Assembly (NCBI GenBank): GCA_013265495.1
Contig: MU058198.1
Coordinates: forward strand, 756,419 to 820,418
DNA length: 64,000 nt
Reading direction: 5' to 3'
Origin: Vicugna vicugna
Taxonomy: Eukaryota
Shown here one piece after another: positions 51,601 to 64,000 of this stretch. Within the stretch, counting starts at the first letter, position 1; every line of letters starts with the position of its first letter. The notes under the pieces are model-generated. The model searched no databases. It saw nothing but the letters and a program-made list of their open reading frames with translations, and was not told the DNA's origin. The translations under genes and the position numbers were made by a program.

Positions 51601-53109
51601 TGATCCTTTCTAAAAAGTCATTTTGTTTGGAGATTAGTATGTTTCTCACCAACATCAGGGCTTGAAAATATTCAGATTTTCGTTTCAGTTTACCAGGGGC
51701 CTTCCTATTAGAAAAAACTCTATGGTTGAAATTCTTGGAATGTGACCTCCCATCTCCTTCCCTTCTCCTCCTTAATGTTTGATACATTTGGCTTCTCAGT
51801 CCTTGGGGTTTCTTGACTGGAGCCCTGTCTGCTTCGGGTTCTGGACCAACCACCAAAGTGCTGAGTGAATTCCATCCCAGTCCCTAAGTACAGATTAAAA
51901 TAATTTCTCAATTCCTTATTAACTTGTTATACTCCCAGAGGAGCTGTTTAAAAATAAACTGGAGGATCTGTTTCCATTTCACGTAAAGGCAGCGTTTAAT
52001 ATACAGAGCTTCTGCCAGTCTGAACTGGATGAGAACTGTTTATACCCCAAGCTCATTCAAAATGCCTGGGATATTTCTGAAGGTTCAGTCTTGGCAGCAG
52101 CAGCTGAGAATGCAGAGATAAATAAAAAAGTCATAAGACACGGCTGACAGGGTTCGTCTGTGTTCATTCACACCCCTGACTCATTAGGCTTTTGAAGACA
52201 CAGAATTTCAAAAGACAGCCTAGTGGATGAGACAGTGGCTGTTTAAACTGCTGTGCTAAATCTCCAGTCTGGATGCTAAATGCGAAATGGAGCTGCCCTC
52301 GTAAATTCAGATGTAGAAAGAAAATGCTAAGAAATAAACAAACACATATGAGTAGCACATAAAACTCACCTCCGTGATTTAAAGAAAATGTGTTCAAATA
52401 TTTGTTTTAAAAAAGCATACTTTCCAGTTTCTCTACAGTCACCGTGTTACCTGTATGACTGAGAAGTAATTTCATTGAGCATTTACGACGTGCCAGGCAA
52501 CAGGTACCGTTTCATTTCACCCTTGTACGCCACCGAGAAGAAGGTCTTACTGTCCGTGTTTTATGGGTGAGGGAGCTGAGGCTTCAAAGAGGTTTAATAG
52601 ACTTGCTCGGGGCACCCAGGGGGTGAATGATGGTGGAATTCAAAACCAAATTGCTCTGGTTCCAGAAGGTGTGCTCTTAGAACAACCAAGCTCTGCTCCG
52701 ATGGCCCTGCTCCTTTCCCTGTTGGAGCCTCCGTTTCTGCTATCTATGAAAAACAAGTTTTCAAATTAAATATCTCCCTTTCCAGGACTCAAGGTCTTTT
52801 CCAGGAGGGTCAAAATTTGATAATCCCCATGTTTCTGTCTCAGTGTAACTGATGTCACTTCCAGCACCAAATGTTTCCTTTTGAAATGCTGCCTTCAAGG
52901 AGACTTCGCCCTGAGGTTACTTTAGTAACACTGTTTAGAAGCCAACAACGGTAATTACTGCACATTCAGGACTGTCAAACCCGCCCCAGTGCCTTGTGGC
53001 TTCCAAGTTGGCTCAACTTTCCTCAAAATAATGTAACCCAACATCTGGCACTCGGAGGAAGGGAGGTCAACTCACCACACTACTGACATTTACCCCCGAA
53101 CGTCAACAT

Positions 53110-53880
53110 TTCTTTTTCTTTTTTAAAATTTGTTGAAGTATAGTTGATTTACAATATTTCAGGTATACAGCGAAGTAATTCAGATATATATGTGTGTGTG
53201 TGTGTGTGTGTGTATGTATATATTCCTTTTCAGATTCTTTCCCATTATAGGTTATTACAAGATACTGAATATAGTTCCCTGTGCTATACAGTAGGTCCTT
53301 GTTTATCTGTTCTATATATAGTACTGTGTATCTGCTAATCTCAAATTTCTAATATATCCCCCCTCTTCAGTAACCACAAGTTTGTTTTCTATGTCAGTGA
53401 GCCTATTTCTGTTTTGTATATAAGTTCATTTGCATCATTTTTTAAGTTTCTACATATAAATGATATCATATGATATTTGTGTTTCCCTGTCTGACTTATT
53501 TCACTTAGTATGATAATCTCTAGATCCATCCATGTTGCTGCAAGTGGCATTATTTCATTCCTTTTTATGGCTGAGTAGTATTCCATTGCATGTATATACC
53601 ACATCTTCTTTATCCATATACCTTTTGGTGGACACAGATTGCTTCCATGTCTCTGCTATTGTAAATAGTGCTGCTATGAACATTGGGGTGCATGTATCTT
53701 TTTGAGTTAGAGTTCTTATCTTTTCCAGATATACGCCCAGGAGTGGAATTGCCAGATCATATGGTAACTCTATTTTTAGTTTTAATGCTCCATACCGTTC
53801 TTCATAGTGGCTGCAACAATTTACATTTCCACCAACAGTGTAGCAGGGTTCCCTTTTCTCTACATCCTCTAATATTTATT
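53110..53880 (-). mobile_element. L1 3' end (artiodactyl/camelid type) containing an (AT)(GT)n microsatellite at 53184-53222
   Basis: Antisense ORF2 C-terminus ([29 protein letters not shown]) plus 3' UTR. Confidence 0.9.
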
Positions 53881-54189
53881 TCCTTTTAGAAAGAAAAATC
53901 TTCTGTGATGTATTCTTTTAATGGGGACACATTGAGTTTTTTCATATTTTTTTCTATATGCTTCAGATTTTTTATAATGACTACGAACTGCTTTTATATT
54001 TGAAAAATAATCCTATTTTAAAGATTCAGTCCAGTAAAACAGAAAGGAAGTAAAACCTTGGTGATACATAGTGTTCATTCCCCTGCCTTCTTAATTGGAA
54101 ATTGTGGCACATGACCTTGACCTCCACTGGATTATTCTGGGTGGCGATCAGGGACTCCAGTTCTTACTCTACATTGCTATTACATGATG

Positions 54190-54430
54190 GTAAGACCATG
54201 GATTTTGGATTCAGACAGACCAGGCTTCGAGTCTTGGCGTAGCCATTTACTTAGCTCTGTGACCTTGGGAAAGTTGCTTAGTGTCTCTGAGCCTTAATTT
54301 TCTCATCTGTAAATGGAAATAATGATAGTATCTACCTCCCAGAGTGGCTAGAGAGATTAAATAAGATGATAAATGCATGTAAAGCCCCGAGCATAGTGTC
54401 CAGCATTCAGTAAATTCAAATTTTCTAATT
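54190..54430 (+). mobile_element. MIR SINE (representative; other MIRs at ~3760, 10590, 12370, 16080, 28330, 35420, 38090, 39920, 40150, 43600, 44460, 50000, 52470, 55670)
   Basis: MIR core: ctgtgaccttgggaaagttgcttagtgtctctgagccttaattttctcatctgtaaatgg. Confidence 0.85.
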
Positions 54431-54569
54431 AATTATGTGATATTGTTAATAATCTATTGCAAGCGTGGAGCCCTCAGGGACTGCTGAGGTACCTAAGACT
54501 CTGCCCTGGATCTAATTTAAAAGGTCCTCAGGTTTTGATGCTTGTTCTCTTCCTCCTCATTTTCCAATT

Positions 54570-55295
54570 TGATTTTTTGTTTTTTATTGAGGTAAAACTT
54601 AAGAGACAGCAGGGTGCACAGCTCCCAAGTGTACAGCTGGGTGAACTCTGTATGTACACACCATGTCACCAGCGCCTCGATCTGGGTGAAGAGCAGGTCC
54701 CACATCCCAGGTGGCTCCCTCGCACCCCCGCCCAGGCAGCAGCCGAGCCCAAGGCAAACTCTATTTGGATTTCTATCACCATAGAATAGTTTTGCTTATC
54801 CTCAAACTTCATATAAATGGGAACTCAGTCTGGATCCTCTGGCTGGCTCCTTTTGCTGAACATTATGTCTGGGAGATAAGACTCCCAGACAGATTGTGGA
54901 GGGCAGCAGTAGTTTGTTCTTTTTCGTTGATGTGTCATGTTCTTTCCTGTGAACAGTATCACAATTTGTATACTCATTCACTTCTTGGTGGCCACTTGGG
55001 CTGTGCCCAGTTTTTATGAACATTCTCGTATGTGTTTTTAGGTGGATATAAAATACTCAGCCTCGGTTGCAGATTACCCAGGGGTGGAATTGATGGGCCT
55101 GAGAGGATGTACATATATTTAATTTTGGAAGATACTGCCAAAGTCATTTTCTAAAGTGGTGGCACTGTTTCTCATGGCCACTAGTGATGCAGGACCGTTC
55201 CGTTGCTCCGCATCCTTGTCAACACTTAGTGTGATGAATCTTCTTCATTGTAACATCCTGGTGGCCGTGTAGTGGCTATCTCACTGTGGTTTCAT
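54570..55295 (-). mobile_element. Old L1 (L1ME/MB-like) 3' end; a similar remnant lies at ~58500-59060
   Basis: tttattgaggtaaaact...aacttcatataaatggg...tccgcatccttgtcaacact...gtggctatctcactgtggttt. Confidence 0.75.
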
Positions 55296-58200
55296 TTTCC
55301 TGGTGCACACCTTTTAATGTGCTTACCCAGCCATCAGGATGCTGTTTCATTCCTAAACTCAGTTCTGCTCTGAGGCTCTCTAGTAGCTCAGCTTGCCAGA
55401 ATGATGTTTTCAGAATGAGCACACGAGCTCTGAGAGGGCTCAGAGGCTCGCCTGTGACTGAAGCATGAGAGTTCGGGGCACACATTCCAAAATATCTACG
55501 CTGGCTTCTTCCGCGTACTTTCGAGGTCTTGGCTGTGTTTGACAGCTGAGCTTGCCAGATACATAACTTTCAGATGAGTAACATGTTAGGAATTTTAAAA
55601 GATGCTAAGTGAGCTCTTTAGCAGCATTTCAGCTTGTATTTCTACAGGGCACTTTGGGGAAAAGAAGTCACGTTTGTTGAGTAGCTACTATGTGTCAAGC
55701 CCCGCACCCTTGCTTTAGATACATTGTCTCACTAATCTACATAAGGACTCTGTGAGGTCAAGATTATTTTACTTACAGTTCAAATGAGGAAATTGAGGCT
55801 ATGGGTGGGGTCACCCACCTATTTAGATGGCAGAGCCAGGATTCGAACACTGGATCTGCCTGACTCCAAAGTCTGCCCTTCCGTGAGCGAGCAAACTTGA
55901 GGGGGAAACATTCTTTTTCTAGCAATTCTCTGATCAGAAACTATTCCTAGTGCACATTTCATTAATTTTTTTTTAATGGTCACCTCTACTAGTGCAACTT
56001 CACCTTTGAGTGGATGTCTCCCCTGGGGTCTCCCAGCATCAGGTGTGCTGATCCCAGGAGACCAGCTCCTCCACGACTCCCCAGCTCCTAACCTCTCCTC
56101 CTCCCTGTCTTTCTCCACCTCTGCACAATGGCTGATCGCAGTAACACTGTGTATGTGTTGATTTCCCTGCCAGTCTGTTTTTATTCTGTCTGGTATAGTT
56201 TCTGATAATTCTTTTAGAAGGTTTTTCCCAATGGTATAGCAATGCACCTATATTCTAGACATTTGGGAGAACAAAAATTCACCCATTTCCTTTTGATTGT
56301 TTTATCCATGTTTAGTTTTTTTTTTAAACAGTTGAAACTGGGCCACAATTTAGTTATGAATGTAATTTTTGTTTACAGGGCAGTTACAATTAAAGGATAT
56401 ACTATGAACATCTCACTCAGGAATAAATGTAAAATAGGAGTCACTTGCTTTAAAAAATTTTCTTCTTTTCCAGAAAGGCAAGAGGTGGAAAGGGGCAGAG
56501 ATGACAGAAAGAACCCAGCTTCTGCTTTACCTTGAGAGCCATCATTGTGGCTGACTTCTGACTCCCCCAGACAGAAGTCACAGTGTCCCCCTTGCTAACT
56601 TGTGGTGTGGAGCAATTGCAAATTTGCATCATCAAAATTTACAGGAATTTTGTCATTTCCACTGTATTTCGCCCTTGACATTTCTCTCTGTTCCTTCAAA
56701 CTTTGCAATGGCTTCATTATCCTTTATCAAGTTTATAAATGATCAAGTACCTAATCCTTCCCCAATTGTTGGGCATCTTGGTTGTTCCCAAACTGTTTGT
56801 GTGGGAAATAATGCGAGAGCAACAAAAGCACCATCTTTTGTTGCATCTTTATCAAAGAAACCTGCATCTCCCTGGGGGAGAGAGACCCTATAGAGGTTAA
56901 GGGCATGAATGCAGAAGCCAGACAGCCTACAGCGTGACCCCAGGCCCATTACGTAACCCGGGTGCCTTAGACTCCTCATGCGTACCAGCCGGGAAGACTA
57001 CTGCACTTACCTCACTGCCCCTTCATGTGTGTGAGGGGCTCATAGAAGTCTTTGTCTTATTATTCTTCTGGAAGCCAAAAAACTAAGTGCTAACTGGATT
57101 TAAAAAATAATATTTTAAGGCTATACGTATTATATATTGCTGACTTGAGAGTGTGAACCAGTTTCCTCTCTGGAACCTCAGGACCCATCTCTGTGTGGTG
57201 GATGAACATTTATTGAAGCAGCTTCTTTCTTCAGTGTGGGAGCATCTCTTGGTTCTTCTTATTCCCTGTTCATTTTTCTGCCTCCCCCTCTGGACTGTGA
57301 GCGCCTTGGGGTCAAAGACCACGTCCTAAGAGCAGTGCGGTTAGCTAGGAGGTGGTGCACTCTCCTCTGGATCAGACTCAGGGCTGAGCCCCTTGCAGGC
57401 CTGGTCTCGTGTGTCCCTCCCAGTCCCGGAGGAGGCAGGGCCCTTGTCACACGTGGGCCCTCGGGAAACAGGCACTGAGCCACGGTGGACTGATGCAGTG
57501 AGGCAGCATACCTTCCCAAACTTGTCACATCAGAAGGGGCACCTGAAACACAGAGGTGGGGGATGTTGATTCCGTGGCCTCACTCCTCAAGATTCTGTTT
57601 CTCAAGGTCTGGGGTGGGGCCCGGGAATCTGTATTTTTGCCCCGGGTGATCCTTTGTGCCGCGGCCACATCTGGGCAACACCGCATGAATAGCTAAATTA
57701 CCCTGTGGTCCCTGCATTTCCTCCCTACATCCTGAGCCTTAGGCGGCTTCTGTAATGATGTCCGGGGTCCTCAGCCCCTCTACCCACTGGAGCAGGAGGG
57801 CATCTCCTCAAGAGGAGGAGAGCGAAAGCGGGTCTCATTAGTATGCAGGGCCTTCGTTGTCACTCTGCCTTTAATTGAAGCTGAAGGGCTGGCGCATCTC
57901 TCCGGGATTTTCCACTCTCTCAGGCCTTTCCGGAACTGGCTGTGCACCAGCCTGCCAAGGGGGACAAGGACAGCACAGGGGCACAGAGGCAGCCGTCTGT
58001 TGATGCTGGAAGCCGACCACGACGTCTCTAAACTAAGGTGGAAACTGGGGTCTTTCATTCAGTCATCGCTGCCGGCTCCTCCTGCTGCCTCCTCCCTCGC
58101 TCCCTCCTTTTACTGAGTAACCTACCTGTGCAAGGCTCTGTTCTGCCAAGACCAGGAGGAGGAGCACCACCGAGGAGAGGCTTTATCTGATTTTTAGCAG

Positions 58201-61200
58201 AGTACTCCTTGCACGTGGTTCCCATGGTTACGGCTACACAGGCTGGAACTGGAGGGCAGAATGAGCACCATCTCTGTCCCCTCCTCCACGGAGACCACGT
58301 TGGGCTCTTAGCTGTTTCTCCCGGTGGTTACTTCTGCCTCTCTAACGGACAGGTGAGATTTTAGACATCGTCTCCTGATTTCCTGTTGTGACAGATGCAG
58401 ATTAGTTCACCTACATCCCATCCCCGCCCTCCCAAAAGAGTTAAATTGCTCGTTTCTGTTCAGTAGTTGACTTTGTAATTTCAAGTAATATACTACCATC
58501 TTTATTTCTTCTTACCTTATTGTTTTGTGGGAGTGGGGGTGAAATATACATACAATAGTGACCAGAAAACACATACGACTATAAAGCAAACCGCCATTCC
58601 AGTAAAGGAAGTGGCTCACAGTGTAAGGCTCCCCCAGCCTCCACGAAGCCTAACTTTGGTGATATTCGTTCTCTTGCTTTCCTTTAGAGTTCTTTTTGTC
58701 TTTATGTGCACGCCTCAACATTTAGATTTGCTATAAATAGGATCAAACTGTGTATTATTCTGTGCCTCGCACCTTTTCCTTCAATACTGTAAGCTGATCT
58801 GAGCTGACAGGTGTAGCTGTGGTTTGCTTGGGTTCGCTCCTGTTACCCGCTGTTCAAGTGAACCACGACTTATTTATGCAGTCAGCTGTTGATGGACATC
58901 TGGGTTATTCCCAGCTTTCTGCTATCACGAACATCCTACTTCTGTCTGCTGGTACACGTGTCCAGGGGATGGATACAGGAGTGGGATGCTGCACTGTGGG
59001 GAACATGCACATGCAGTTTCACTTGACAATGCGTTTTCCACCGTGGCTGCACCAACGGACAGTCCCCACCTCCAGAGACTCTGACTTGATTGGCTAGGAT
59101 GGGGCAGGACACTGGGAGTGCCCAAGTCCCAGGTGATTCCATCCTGAGTTTCGCATCACCTTTTTTTCCAGTCCACCAACTCTAGTTAGTGTCTTGTCTC
59201 TCCAGGTTGAAAGAATGTTCCTAGCATCCCTTTCCACTCTCCTCCCTCAAGATTTTTGTGTAATGATCTGAAAGAGATGAGGGCTTTATCCCAGGCAAGG
59301 TCAAAATGGAGGGGTGGGTAAGAGGGTCTCAGGCACTGCAGGATTGGTTAAAAGACTAGGACAAAAGAAAGGCATGCAGGCGAATCTTTCCTTCAGGCAG
59401 GGTTGAGGAACTAAAAACCCAAGGACTGGGAATTCCTCCCATCTGCCAATTCCTCCTTCCACACTACCAGTAGCCTTGGGCGTCTGTCTGCCAGTTGTGG
59501 GGCCAGAAAGAATGTCATTCAAATGGCTTAAATTTTGAAACACCGAGACTCCTGCGAACTGCTCTGGGGGTCTCTGTGTTCATGTTTCCTTAAGAGACTC
59601 CCGCCAAGGTTTGGGTTTCTCAGCCCTGTCTGAACCTTAGCAACACGCAGGAGCTTGAATAAATACTGATGCCCGGGCCCCAGACCAATTACATCAGAAT
59701 GTCTGCAGTGAGACTTCAGAAGCTACCCAGGTGGTTCTTAAATGCAGCCAGGGTAGAAAACCAGTAGTGGGTGAGTCTCAAGCTTTATTTAGTGTCCATC
59801 AGGATCACTTGGAGGGCTTGTTAAAACCAGGGATGGCTGGGCTCCACCCCCGGTTTTGATTCTGCAGGTCTGGGGTGGGAGCCTGGATCTGCATTTTTAA
59901 CAGGTTTCCACTGATGCAAACATTGCTGGTCCCTCAACCACACGTGGAGAAGCATTTTGTACCTGAGGTTTCCCTGCACACCTCCCTGTGGGGATCCAGA
60001 GCAGCCAGGTGCTGAGCTGCTCCATCTGGCTGTGGGTGCCCCTTTCTACCTCTGTTATTATGTCATCAGGCTGGTATGTCATCACGCTGTGGAAATTGGC
60101 AAATGTTGCAAATCAGAACTCTGCCACCCTCGTCTGTTGCTAAACATTCACATCCTGGATCACATCATGGACCCGCGGGATACTGGGAGATCACCTCCCA
60201 GGCGTGGGGCATCCTCGGCTCATTCATCGTCAGCACCCGCAGGTCTAGGTGAATCTAGGGTCTTCATTGTGGTTACCGATACAGCTTCCATATATGTGGA
60301 ACAAAAACGTATATATGTTGAAAAAAATCTTTAAAATTTTCCCATGACCAGAGGCTCCAAGCGTTAAAAACATTTTGTTTTTGGTTTGAGTTACTAATAC
60401 TATTATTAGTAGTTTGCAAAGCCAATTAAATACATGATAAAATTTGATAAGTTATTAAACATAGAAGACTCAGGAATGCCAACATTTCACATGGCATCCT
60501 AGTTTGGCGCCTAGATTTTTTTTTTTTTCACCCTGGGCAACGTTAGGATGGGGAGAGAGGGAGGAGAGCGAACCCCCACAACCGCAAATCCACGCAAGGA
60601 AGCCAAGACTTGGAGACTGACTGTCTTTAAATAAACTGTGAACAAGAATCCTTGGAAAGTCTTTGTGGAGCTGCTGTCTAAAGACTGCTGAAGGCCCTCA
60701 GCCCACTGCCCTGCAGGTGATGGGCTCCCTGGCCAGTGCGTGCCCTCAGTCCCTCCCTGGGCGGTCATCAGGCTGATTGGAAGCTCTGCTCCACGTGGTA
60801 GCAACCCCCACCCTTTCTGCTCCATCACTGCTCTTCACAGATACCCGGAGTCTGCGGCCTTGCTCTGAATCACCCTTCAGGCACTAACATCGGGGCAAAG
60901 ACACTAGAAGCAAAGAGTTACTAAAAGAGGGGGTCTTTCCAAGTGGGCCCTCCCCCGACCCGGGGAAGATTGGGTTTCCATATATTTGGGAGGACGGGCT
61001 TTTATCTGGTCGGACAATTTCCCCCACAAATAGTGCCGGGCTCTGTGTTCAGCCAGCTGCCCTCTTTGGCCGACTCAGGAAATCAGCCGGATCACACTCC
61101 TGCCCAGACCACGAAAGGCTAGAAAATGTTCTCTTCTGGCCTCATATTGACCCGTGTTGTCCTGAGTTTTTAATTTCAGGTGTGTGTGTGTGTGTTGGGT

Positions 61201-61554
61201 GGGGGACAGGGGGAGTAGTGACAGATCGGATTGAGTTGAGAGCCTCCAATCTGTCATCATCTTTAGTAAAACTTCCTTCAGTTCCCCCGACCTGCAAAGC
61301 ACACTTTGACCTTCTTCTGAACTGAGTTAAGAATGGCCGTGAACATGACGTGAAGTGGTTTTGAAACTTCAGGTGCTGCCCTCGGAACACAATGGCCCTG
61401 TGTTCTTCCCCGGGGGATCCGTGGGGCCAGAGCCATCCCAGGCTCTCAGCGGGTTTTGAAGCAACTGACTTCCAGGGTATCAGAGCTTGCAGTTTCCAGA
61501 TGCCAAGTCTGTCTAGGCATGTAAATCGATCCTTTCTCTTTCATTTCTTTGCAG

Positions 61555-61610
61555 TGAAGTGCAAAATGGAGGATGAGGAAGAGGCTGCAGCAAAGATTCC
61601 ACAAACTTAA
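61555..61610 (+). CDS. IQCK: IQCK last coding exon: (V)KCKMEDEEEAAAKIPQT*
   Basis: Strong polypyrimidine tract cctttctctttcatttctttgcAG ending at 61554. G|TG restores Val in frame with the 30338-30449 exon, and TAA lies at 61608-61610. Resembles the recalled human end VKCKMEDDAVPAAKMKIPSS. Confidence 0.9.
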
Positions 61611-62385
61611 CAGCTGTCGGTATATTTTCCCCTCAGTGCTCCACCCCCCGCTAGAGGAAATGTTCACATTATGCTTTCTGTACTGTGATTTCTTTAACGA
61701 CTAGATTTGGTGCATTAGAATACAGAATCTTTCCCGCACAAGATAGGGTTTGTTGCAAACGTGCTTTAGGGACAAACAGTTTATCCTAAGAAAGTACTAG
61801 TTTTAACTTCCTGTATTATCCCCCAGTTTTATTCTTTCATCCACATGTTTGTTCAGTGCTTCAGTACTCTTCTATACCAACCACCGCTAAAATGTACAAT
61901 GAACTCTGTCTAGTCCGAGAGATGCTACCGTGTTCTACTTACCAATTTCCCACTTCTGGCCGCCTTTGCAAAGACCCAAACCGCGGCAGTGGGTTTTAAA
62001 TTCATCTGGTGAGTAGTCTTTTCATAAAAAGACATTACTGCCTGTGATCATTTCCCGAGGAGACTGACCCTTAACTTTGACTGCAAACCCAACAAGACAC
62101 TTAAACCCAGACAATGACAAAGAATTTTTGCTGTCTAGGCCCCGAAGCAGAATAGAAACCTCCTCATTTTATGACTTATTACCCTCCATTGTTCTGCAGT
62201 TTGCCGCTAACCAGGACTTCCCTGTTCAACATGCTACAGCCTCTGGGCAGATCTGAGAGCCAAGCAGTTGCACTGGGTTGTTTAGACAAGCTACCACACG
62301 TCTTAAGTAAATAGTAAAGCCTTTATTTTTGTGTTAAGAACAGCATTTTGAAAATAAAACCTATCCGCCCATGCTTTACAACATT
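61611..62385 (+). other. IQCK: IQCK 3' UTR (minimal extent; may continue to ~63270 or ~63890)
   Basis: Follows the stop codon. First + strand AATAAA at 62353-62358; others at 62531-62536, 62580-62585 and 63247-63257; ATTAAA at 63864-63869. Confidence 0.6.
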
Positions 62386-64000
62386 TTAAATTTGTAATAT
62401 TTATGTACAGTCATTTATGGTACACATTGATTGTCTCGAAATGTCTTTTAACGGTTTTTTTTTTAATAAGTATGCAACAGTCAGCCAGGCGAGGATAAAG
62501 GTACATTAGAAAACACACATTAATACATTTAATAAATATATATTATCTATCAAAAACGAGCCTTAGCTCTTTATCAATTAATAAAAAGCACCTGCTGAGA
62601 ACTCCTGTAAGCTGGTATAATCATTGCGTCATTCGATTATAAAAGCCACAATGCTCCCTTTCAGTTTGGGGTTCAGCTCAGCCTTGCCTCGCCAGGAAGG
62701 TCACCACACACGGCCCATGTTCAGCGGGCCCTGACGGAGTCTGTGCTAGAAGAATAGACCCCCGCCTTCAACAGCCAGGTCTGCGCCCCTTGAGACACGT
62801 GGAACTTCCCAGGTTGTCAGTTCCCGGAGCTGATTCCCTCACTCCCTCCCCTCCATCTCCAGGGCAGAAAGCCCGGACACGGTGACCGTTTTCCATTAAA
62901 GGGGGGACAAGAGTGGCTGTTATAGTCCCAAGGTGATTTTGAAAACCGGACCCGGAAGGACTCATGCTGACAATTAGGTGTTTAGATCACAGACACTCTC
63001 CTTCCAGGTCATTTGCCCCCAACGTCTCATTCACATAAACCGATCTTAAACAGAGGTGCCACTTAGTTTTGTATTTAAACTTTGCTCCACGGGGGCAGCT
63101 GGCTGCCACAGTCTCTTGGCAAAGGTGTCTCTTTGTACCCTTCAGGTGAAGTCATTAGAGAAATAACAGTTCTCTGCCTCCTCCCTCACTCCCCGCCTCC
63201 ACCCGCACTGGGAGAGCATTCAGCCCACTCTTGACCTTAAAGCCAAAATAAAATAAAAACCAGAAGCGCAAAAACTATCAGAGATTTAAAAAGAGAAGGG
63301 GGAAAAAAAAGGTATCATTAAGTGAGATTTCCCGTGGCTCAGAGCTGGCTCCACGTTTATAGTAGTGAAACGTGACTTTCCACTTGCAGCCATGTGTGTC
63401 CTGCTCACCTGATGCGCTCGGACCACCAAGAACTTTGAGAGAAAAACGGTCATGTGAGTTCTCCCCTCTGCAAGGGGGCGCTCCTGCAGCCCGAGTCACT
63501 GCTGGGATCAGAGAGCTCCGAAGGACTCCAGGGAGCGGGGGCAAGCGGCCACTTCCTGGCACGAGAATGTGTAACGCGGCCGTTTCTCACCGGGCTGGAC
63601 CGAGGTGTTTGGAGATTTCTGTCATTTTCAGAAGTCTGGGTCTGATAGAAAGAAGCAAGCACATGCTCTGGGCGGCGGGCGCTTCCCGAAGCTCGGGTAG
63701 GGGCGGCCTTCTGGTGACACACGGAAATGCCTGACTTGACGGAGGGCCACACAGGGAAGGCCAGATTGGCCTCATTCCCCAGGTGCCCTGCAAGGACTGG
63801 AGGGCGGGGGAGGGCGAGGACGGGACACAGCAGACTAGGGCCTCGAGAAAAATCAGAAGGTTTATTAAAACATACTCAGCTGAAACATGTTGGCTTACGA
63901 AGAGGTCAGTTCCCCCCAAACACTAACCTTTTTCATTTCCTTTAAAGGTTAAAGGCTTATGGGTTGTTTTATAGAAAAAAGCGATACAGTGATTAGAGTA
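61810..64000 (-). other. GPRC5B: 3' UTR of a convergent minus-strand gene, probably GPRC5B
   Basis: Unique, apparently repeat-free sequence, U-rich on the minus strand. Minus-strand AATAAA at 63861-63866, 62322-62327 and 61828-61833; UGUACAUA at 62402-62409. The name rests only on known tail-to-tail synteny of IQCK and GPRC5B in mammals. Confidence 0.6.
62322..62358. terminator. Opposed poly(A) signals: minus-strand AATAAA (62322-62327) and plus-strand AATAAA (62353-62358)
   Basis: Read directly: ...ccTTTATTtttgtgttaagaacagcattttgaaAATAAAac... Confidence 0.6.

Noticed and set aside
1..64000. Prokaryote-type systems (CRISPR, operons, defence islands) or an intact ERV/transposase
   Set aside because: The sequence is mammalian intron; I saw no repeat-spacer array, gag/pol/env or intact transposase frame.

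Overview
Mammalian genomic DNA, almost certainly camelid (alpaca/llama/camel): it carries two tRNA-derived vic-1-type SINEs and young camelid-type L1 3' ends. The window holds the 3' part of IQCK on the + strand: a penultimate coding exon at 30338-30449, a ~31 kb intron, and the last coding exon at 61555-61610. The last ~2.4 kb reads like overlapping convergent 3' UTRs; the minus-strand partner is probably GPRC5B, inferred from synteny only because none of its coding sequence is in the window. The rest is intron, largely transposon-derived (L1, L2, MIR, MaLR/ERVL LTRs, hAT and Tigger MITEs). Almost all ORFs in the supplied track are spurious or L1 ORF2 remnants. I see no clearly new protein-coding system. 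The best leads are: (i) tail-to-tail UTRs with interleaved and bidirectional poly(A) signals; (ii) splice/poly(A) architecture that could remove or alter the IQCK IQ motif; (iii) a perfect 22-nt patch apparently copied from one old repeat into another; (iv) multi-layer nested transposons with intact TSDs and short L1 3' tags; (v) a few candidate intronic enhancers. Gene and repeat family names come from recall of consensus sequences, not database searches; repeat boundaries without TSDs are approximate.
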